Below, in pieces: positions 58,970 through 64,000 of a DNA stretch of 64,000 nucleotides. The stretch covers positions 62,001 through 126,000 of the forward strand of contig NIVC01001615.1 of NCBI GenBank assembly GCA_002269645.1. The letters are read 5' to 3'. The notes under the pieces are model-generated. The model worked only from the letters and a program-made list of their open reading frames with translations, was not told where the DNA came from and made no database searches. Position numbers and translations under genes: made by a program. Numbering within the stretch: the first letter of the stretch is position 1; each line of letters opens with the position of its first letter. This DNA is from Macrostomum lignano. Lineage: Eukaryota.

Positions 58970-61628
58970 ATGGCATTTAAATATAACTATGCTATTGTTC
59001 AAAGAATTCCTAAGTCTTTTGCACAGAAGTATCCAAAAATAAATGTTGACCAGGCCAACGAAGAACAAGAGACACTTGTTGAGATTCTACGACAGAGTGC
59101 TATTGACATTCTTGAAATCGATGTCGAAGAACGGCATCCAACAAGCCCTTTTGTTGATGACACAGCAGTAATTATTAATAATATTGCCCTAATGTGCAAC
59201 CCTTATGGAAATAGGCAAGGCGAGGTGAGTTTTTTAAAGTTCTTGTACTTTGTCAATTGCCTATTAAAATTGTATTAAGATGCATTTTAATCATATATTT
59301 TAATATGATGGCACACTATGAATTCTTTACGAAAGAATCTGATTGAGCATTCTTAATCATATTCAGCCCCGACTAATTTGAAATTTGGGTAAATAAAGCT
59401 TTAAGTTTAATTTATAGATATTTTAGTAGTATAATAGACTAAACAAAACTGTATTTTTAGTAAAGACTAAAGTCTAAGTTAATTTTATAACTATAAAATA
59501 TTCCTGATTTGGAAATATTTTTTTGATTCTTATTTTTTCATTTTTTATATTCTAGCTAAAATAGTTTTTCTTCATAGAAATTTTCAAGAAATTTTAAAAT
59601 ATGGATATTCTATCTAGCCCCCAGCTCCTAATACATACCATTCATTTTCTACTATATTGTCTTCCTAAACCATGCTCATTAACTCATTTATGCTATATCC
59701 TTGAATCACTCCCATAGTCAGGAAGGTGGCACAGTGTGCGCCGGAATAAATTTTTGGGACAATTTGTGCGCTGTCTATGCGCCATTTGTGCGCTGTCTGT
59801 GCACCACTCTTCACGAGTAGAGTTTTCTAAGAAAGGCATTTGTACGAAAAGCCTTTTTAAAATGTTGCGCATATTTTCATTTTAAACAAACTAAAATTAT
59901 ACCTACAAATAGAGTAATGCAAAATTTACTGTTAATTTTAAAGAAGCTAAAAGTTAATCATTGACTTTCTAGACTATACAAATCTCCTTTATATTACGTA
60001 AAATTGTTAATATGCATTACAATTTTCATGCATGTCAGGGACCTTTTGCACCGCATGCGCTAGGAACCTCAGTGTGTGCCATGATTATGCGCCAAGTGTG
60101 CCAAGGACCCCTTGTGTGCGCTGTGCTTGTGCGCCAATGTGCGCCGAGACCCTTTGTGTGCGCGGGAATTTTCCCCCTCAGAGGCCACCTTCCTGACTAT
60201 GGAATCACTCTAGTTCTAGCATTTGAAAGACTATCATCAGTATACTAATATATAGGCAATATATTCATATACAATATATGCAATATTTATACCTACTGAT
60301 TCAATCAGATGTAAATTGTTTAACCATGCTGAGCATTAATAACTCACATAAATTATATATTACATTTTCTTTCAAACTTGCTTCGCTAACAAACTGAATT
60401 ATTGTTTAGTCTTGATAAAACCAATTCTATTGCTCATATTTTTTGCAAGTATTTCTAATAAAGGCTCTAAGTAGGAATATAAAATAAGGATCCTTGTCCT
60501 TAAACATTAAAATATACCTGAAATACATCAAAATGTACCATTGTTTTTTGGAAGCATAGCTTTTTTTATAACTGGTTAAAAACCTAGAATCTTAATGTGA
60601 CACAAAATTTGAAACTAGTTGATTAAAAACTGCTCATTGGTTTCCAAATTTCCCAGGTGAGTGCAATTCGCCAGACTCTGAAGCGTCAGCTCGGCATGAA
60701 GGTGGCTGAGATATCCATTGATGGGGCTGCGCTGGAGGGCAGCGATGTTCTGTTTACTGGTGAGTGTGCTGGTCTCTGGTAGTTGGCTACCAACTTAAGT
60801 AGGTTTAACCTACTTTTATCTTAGAGTCTCTCACATACAATTCTGTGAATCTGAATCACCCCAGATCACTCTGAGAATCAATCCAGATCACTCTGAGAAT
60901 CACCCCAGATCACTCTGAGAATAACCCTAGATCACTCTGAGAATAACCCTAGATTACTCTGAGAATCACCCCAGATCACTCTTAGAATCACCCAGATCAC
61001 TCTGAGAATAACCCTAGATCACTTTGAGAATCACCCTAGATTATTCTGAGAATCACCCCAGATCACTCTGAGATTCACCCCGGATCACACAGTGGAATTG
61101 CAGTCACCTCCAGAATGCATCCGCCATCCCTCGGCAGGCAAGGAGATCATCGTGGGCATCTCGCCGCACACTAACGAAGCCGGCGCCACCTGCGTGGCCA
61201 AGACCTTCCCAGAGTACCCGGTTACCACGGTAACCGTGCACCCGCTCGAGTCCAAGAAGGCCGGCCACACCTCGCTGAAGGACCTGGTCTGTATGGCGGG
61301 CGCCAGCGTCATCGCAGTGGGCCTGAGCCCCAGCGCTCAGAAGACCTTGAAGGAGATCAACTGGAAGGCCTCGTACAACTACCGCATCATCCAGCTGCCC
61401 GAGGACCAGGCCTGCAACTGCCTGTACGTCAACGGCTACCTGGTGCACCTGGCCCCGGACCTCATCCCGTCTAGCATTGGGATATTCGAGAACAAGATCG
61501 ACTACAATAGGATCCCAATCTCCCTGCCTCACCTGGTTGAGCAGCGTGTGTCCATGACCAAGCTGTGTCTGCTGGTGCAGAAGACTAAGAATACAAATCT
61601 GAAGAGCATCATGTCCACCCTGCCGTGA
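58970..61628 (+). CDS. DDAH: Dimethylarginine dimethylaminohydrolase (DDAH) homolog, probably catalytically altered, 3 exons
   Basis: Exons 58970-59224, 60657-60759, 61138-61628. YNYAIVQRIPKSF, PFVDDTAV, RQGEV, LEGSDVLFTGKEIIVGIS..TNEAGA, SLKDLVCMAG and ACNCLYVNG follow the DDAH/amidinotransferase pattern. Confidence 0.9.
59712..60202. mobile_element. MITE, 491 bp, perfect 19-bp TIRs CCATAGTCAGGAAGGTGGC, 8-bp TSD AATCACTC (DDAH intron 1)
   Basis: TIRs at 59712-59730 and 60184-60202; AATCACTC at 59704-59711 and 60203-60210; subterminal TGTGCGC repeats at both ends. Confidence 0.92.
60855..61085. repeat. Minisatellite, 22-bp unit CCCAGATCACTCTGAGAATCAC (DDAH intron 2)
   Basis: About 10 tandem copies. 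Confidence 0.9.
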
Positions 61629-61769
61629 CTGAGCCCGGCTGCAGCAGCTCTGCTTGTGTTAGTATTCGGATAATTAGCTATGCTGTGACTGCTAATGCTT
61701 AACTACCACTTAGCGAAATGTTCAATTCTAATTCATGGGAAGAGGAAAATCCCTATTAATATCGGCCTG

Positions 61770-62480
61770 AATTCCTATGGGAAGAAAATCCCCCAATAGT
61801 ATCGGACAGAAATCCGTTGGGAAGAAAATCCCCAATAATATCGGACTGAAATCCATTAGGAAGAAAATCCCCAATAGTATCTAACTGAAACCCCTTGGGA
61901 AGAAAATCCTCATTAGTATCGGACTGAAATCCGTTTGGGAAGAAAATCCCCAACAGTATCGAACTGAAATCCGTTTGGGAAGAAAATCCCCCAATAATAT
62001 CGAACTGAAATCCGTTTGGGAAGAAAATCCCCAACAGTATCGAACTGAAATCCGTTTGGGAAGAAAATCCCCAACAGTATCGAACTGAAATCCGTTTGGG
62101 AAGAAAATCCCCAACAGTATCGAACTGAAATCCGTTTGGGAAGAAAATCCCCCAATAATATCGGACTGAAATCCCTTGGGAAGAAAATCCCCATTAGTAT
62201 CGGACTGAAATCCATTGGGAAGAAAATCCCCCAATAATATCGGACTGAAATCCATTTGGGAAGAAAATCCCCCAATAATATCGGACTGAAATCCATTTGG
62301 GAAGAAAATCCCCCAATAATATCGAACTGAAATCCATTGGGAAGAAAATCCCCAGTAATGTCGAACTGAAATCCATTGGGAAGAAAATCCCCAGTAATGT
62401 CGAACTGAAATCCATTGGGAAGAAATCCCCAATAATATCGAACTGAAATCCATTGGGAAGAAAATCCCACTAGTATCGGA
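61770..62480. repeat. Minisatellite, ~40-bp unit TATCGAACTGAAATCCGTTTGGGAAGAAAATCCCCAACAG downstream of DDAH
   Basis: Tandem copies visible. Confidence 0.94.
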
Positions 62481-63199
62481 CTTGTCAGTGTCAGTTTTCT
62501 CAAGAAAGGCATTCATAACTGCTACTCACTGCTAACAGCACTCGAGCAACTGCCGCGCACATGCAACTCATATTCAGCTCTGTATGCTTTGCAACCTTAG
62601 CAAGCCTGTAGTCTGTAGTGCAGGTTCGATACTTATAATAAACTAGGTCACCTCACTTATTCACAATGCGCAGCCGTCAAAGGCGTAGTTAGATTTCCTG
62701 CATGCGAATTTTCAATTTTTTTTTCATTAAGCTTTTTTTGTTTGTTTTCTTGTTGTAGCGTCTATTTTATACAACAAACCGTGCAATACTACTTACAGCA
62801 GCTGAACGAGATATTTTTGCATTACTGAGTCCCTGTTTATTATTAAGTTTAACTGTTCCTCTGTGGATGAGAGTTTTATAGATATTTTTGGCAATTAGTC
62901 ATATATTGAATTTTTGTAGTTTTGTATTTCTAGTCGCTGGTACAGCTGAGAGTTGAAGCTTTGGTGTGTTTGTCTGTGTGGGCTTACATGAAATTTTCCA
63001 TTTTTGGCTCTCTGAAATACACTGCCGGCTTTTCTTAGCTTTGCTAAAGCCATAACTGTTATGCATAATCTCTCTGATTCCTGAGTCTGAAGGTTTTCCA
63101 TTAGTCCTTTTTATAGTTTTGGGGCTCTGAAATTCTATTATTGGCAGTTTTTTCTGATCCTGCAGGTGCAAGTTTAAGTTGGACTACCGCTTGAACTCT

Positions 63200-64000
63200 C
63201 TCCCAGATCCTCAGCTTGAGCAGCCGGCCTCCCAGATCCTCAGCTTGAGCAGCCAGCCTCCCAGATGCTCAGCTTGAGCAGCCGGCCTCCCAGATGCTCA
63301 GCTTGAGCAGCCAGCCTCCCAGATGCTCAGCTTGAGCAGCCGGCCTCCCAGATCCTCAGCTTGAGCAGCCAGCCTCCCAGATGCTCAGCTTGAGCAGCCG
63401 GCCTCCCAGATCCTCAGCTTGAGCAGCCGGCCTCCAGATGCTCAGCTTGAGCAGCCGGCCTCCCAGATCCTCAGCTTGAGCAGCCGGCCTCCCAGATCCT
63501 CAGCTTGAGCAGCCAGCCTCCTAGATGCTCAGCTTGAGCAGCCGGCCTCCCAGATCCTCAGCTTGAGCAGCCAGCCTCCCAGATGCTCAGCTTGAGCAGC
63601 CGGCCTCCCAGATGCTCAGCTTGAGCAGCCAGCCTCCCAGATGCTCAGCTTGAGCAGCCGGCCTCCCAGATGCTCAGCTTGAGCAGCCAGCCTCCCAGAT
63701 GCTCAGCTTGAGCAGCCGGCCTCCCAGATCCTCAGCTTGAGCAGCCGGCCTCCCAGATGCTCAGCTTGAGCAGCCGGCCTCCCAGATCCTCAGCTTGAGC
63801 AGCCGGCCTCCCAGATCCTCAGCTTGAGCAGCCAGCCTCCTAGATGCTCAGCTTGAGCAGCCGGCCTCCCAGATCCTCAGCTTGAGCAGCCAGCCTCCCA
63901 GATGCTCAGCTTGAGCAGCCGGCCTCCCAGATGCTCAGCTTGAGCAGCCAGCCTCCCAGATGCTCAGCTTGAGCAGCCAGCCTCCAAGATGCTCAGCTTG
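63200..64000. repeat. Minisatellite, 29-bp unit CAGCTTGAGCAGCCGGCCTCCCAGATCCT, truncated by the window end
   Basis: Homogeneous tandem copies. Confidence 0.95.

Overview
Eukaryotic (animal) genomic DNA with GC-rich exons, AT-rich spacers and dozens of distinct minisatellite arrays. This architecture is most consistent with a free-living flatworm of the Macrostomum type (inference, not proven). Nine intact genes can be reconstructed by hand with GT-AG introns: CDK1 (+), MPPE1/PGAP5 (+), a single-exon class A GPCR (-), VPS35 (+), a RACGAP1/CYK-4-like RhoGAP (+), a ubiquitin-like plus ankyrin protein (-), an atypical Rab-like GTPase (+), an orphan disordered tail-anchored protein (+) and a DDAH homolog (+). 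There are also a probable pseudogene fragment, two MITEs with 8-bp target-site duplications and about 35 tandem arrays. Most long ORFs in the supplied track are artefacts of these arrays. Main observations: (1) 22 of 24 reconstructed introns carry their own tandem array, and arrays also sit at gene 3' ends but are absent from the long AT-rich spacers. (2) MPPE1 has no AUG upstream of its conserved N-terminal membrane anchor, which fits AUG donation by a flatworm spliced leader. (3) CDK1 has a C-terminal tail with a D-box consensus and a CDK phosphosite. (4) The RACGAP1-like protein lacks the C1 domain. (5) The DDAH and Rab homologs have substituted catalytic residues. All functional claims are hypotheses from sequence reading only; no searches were run.
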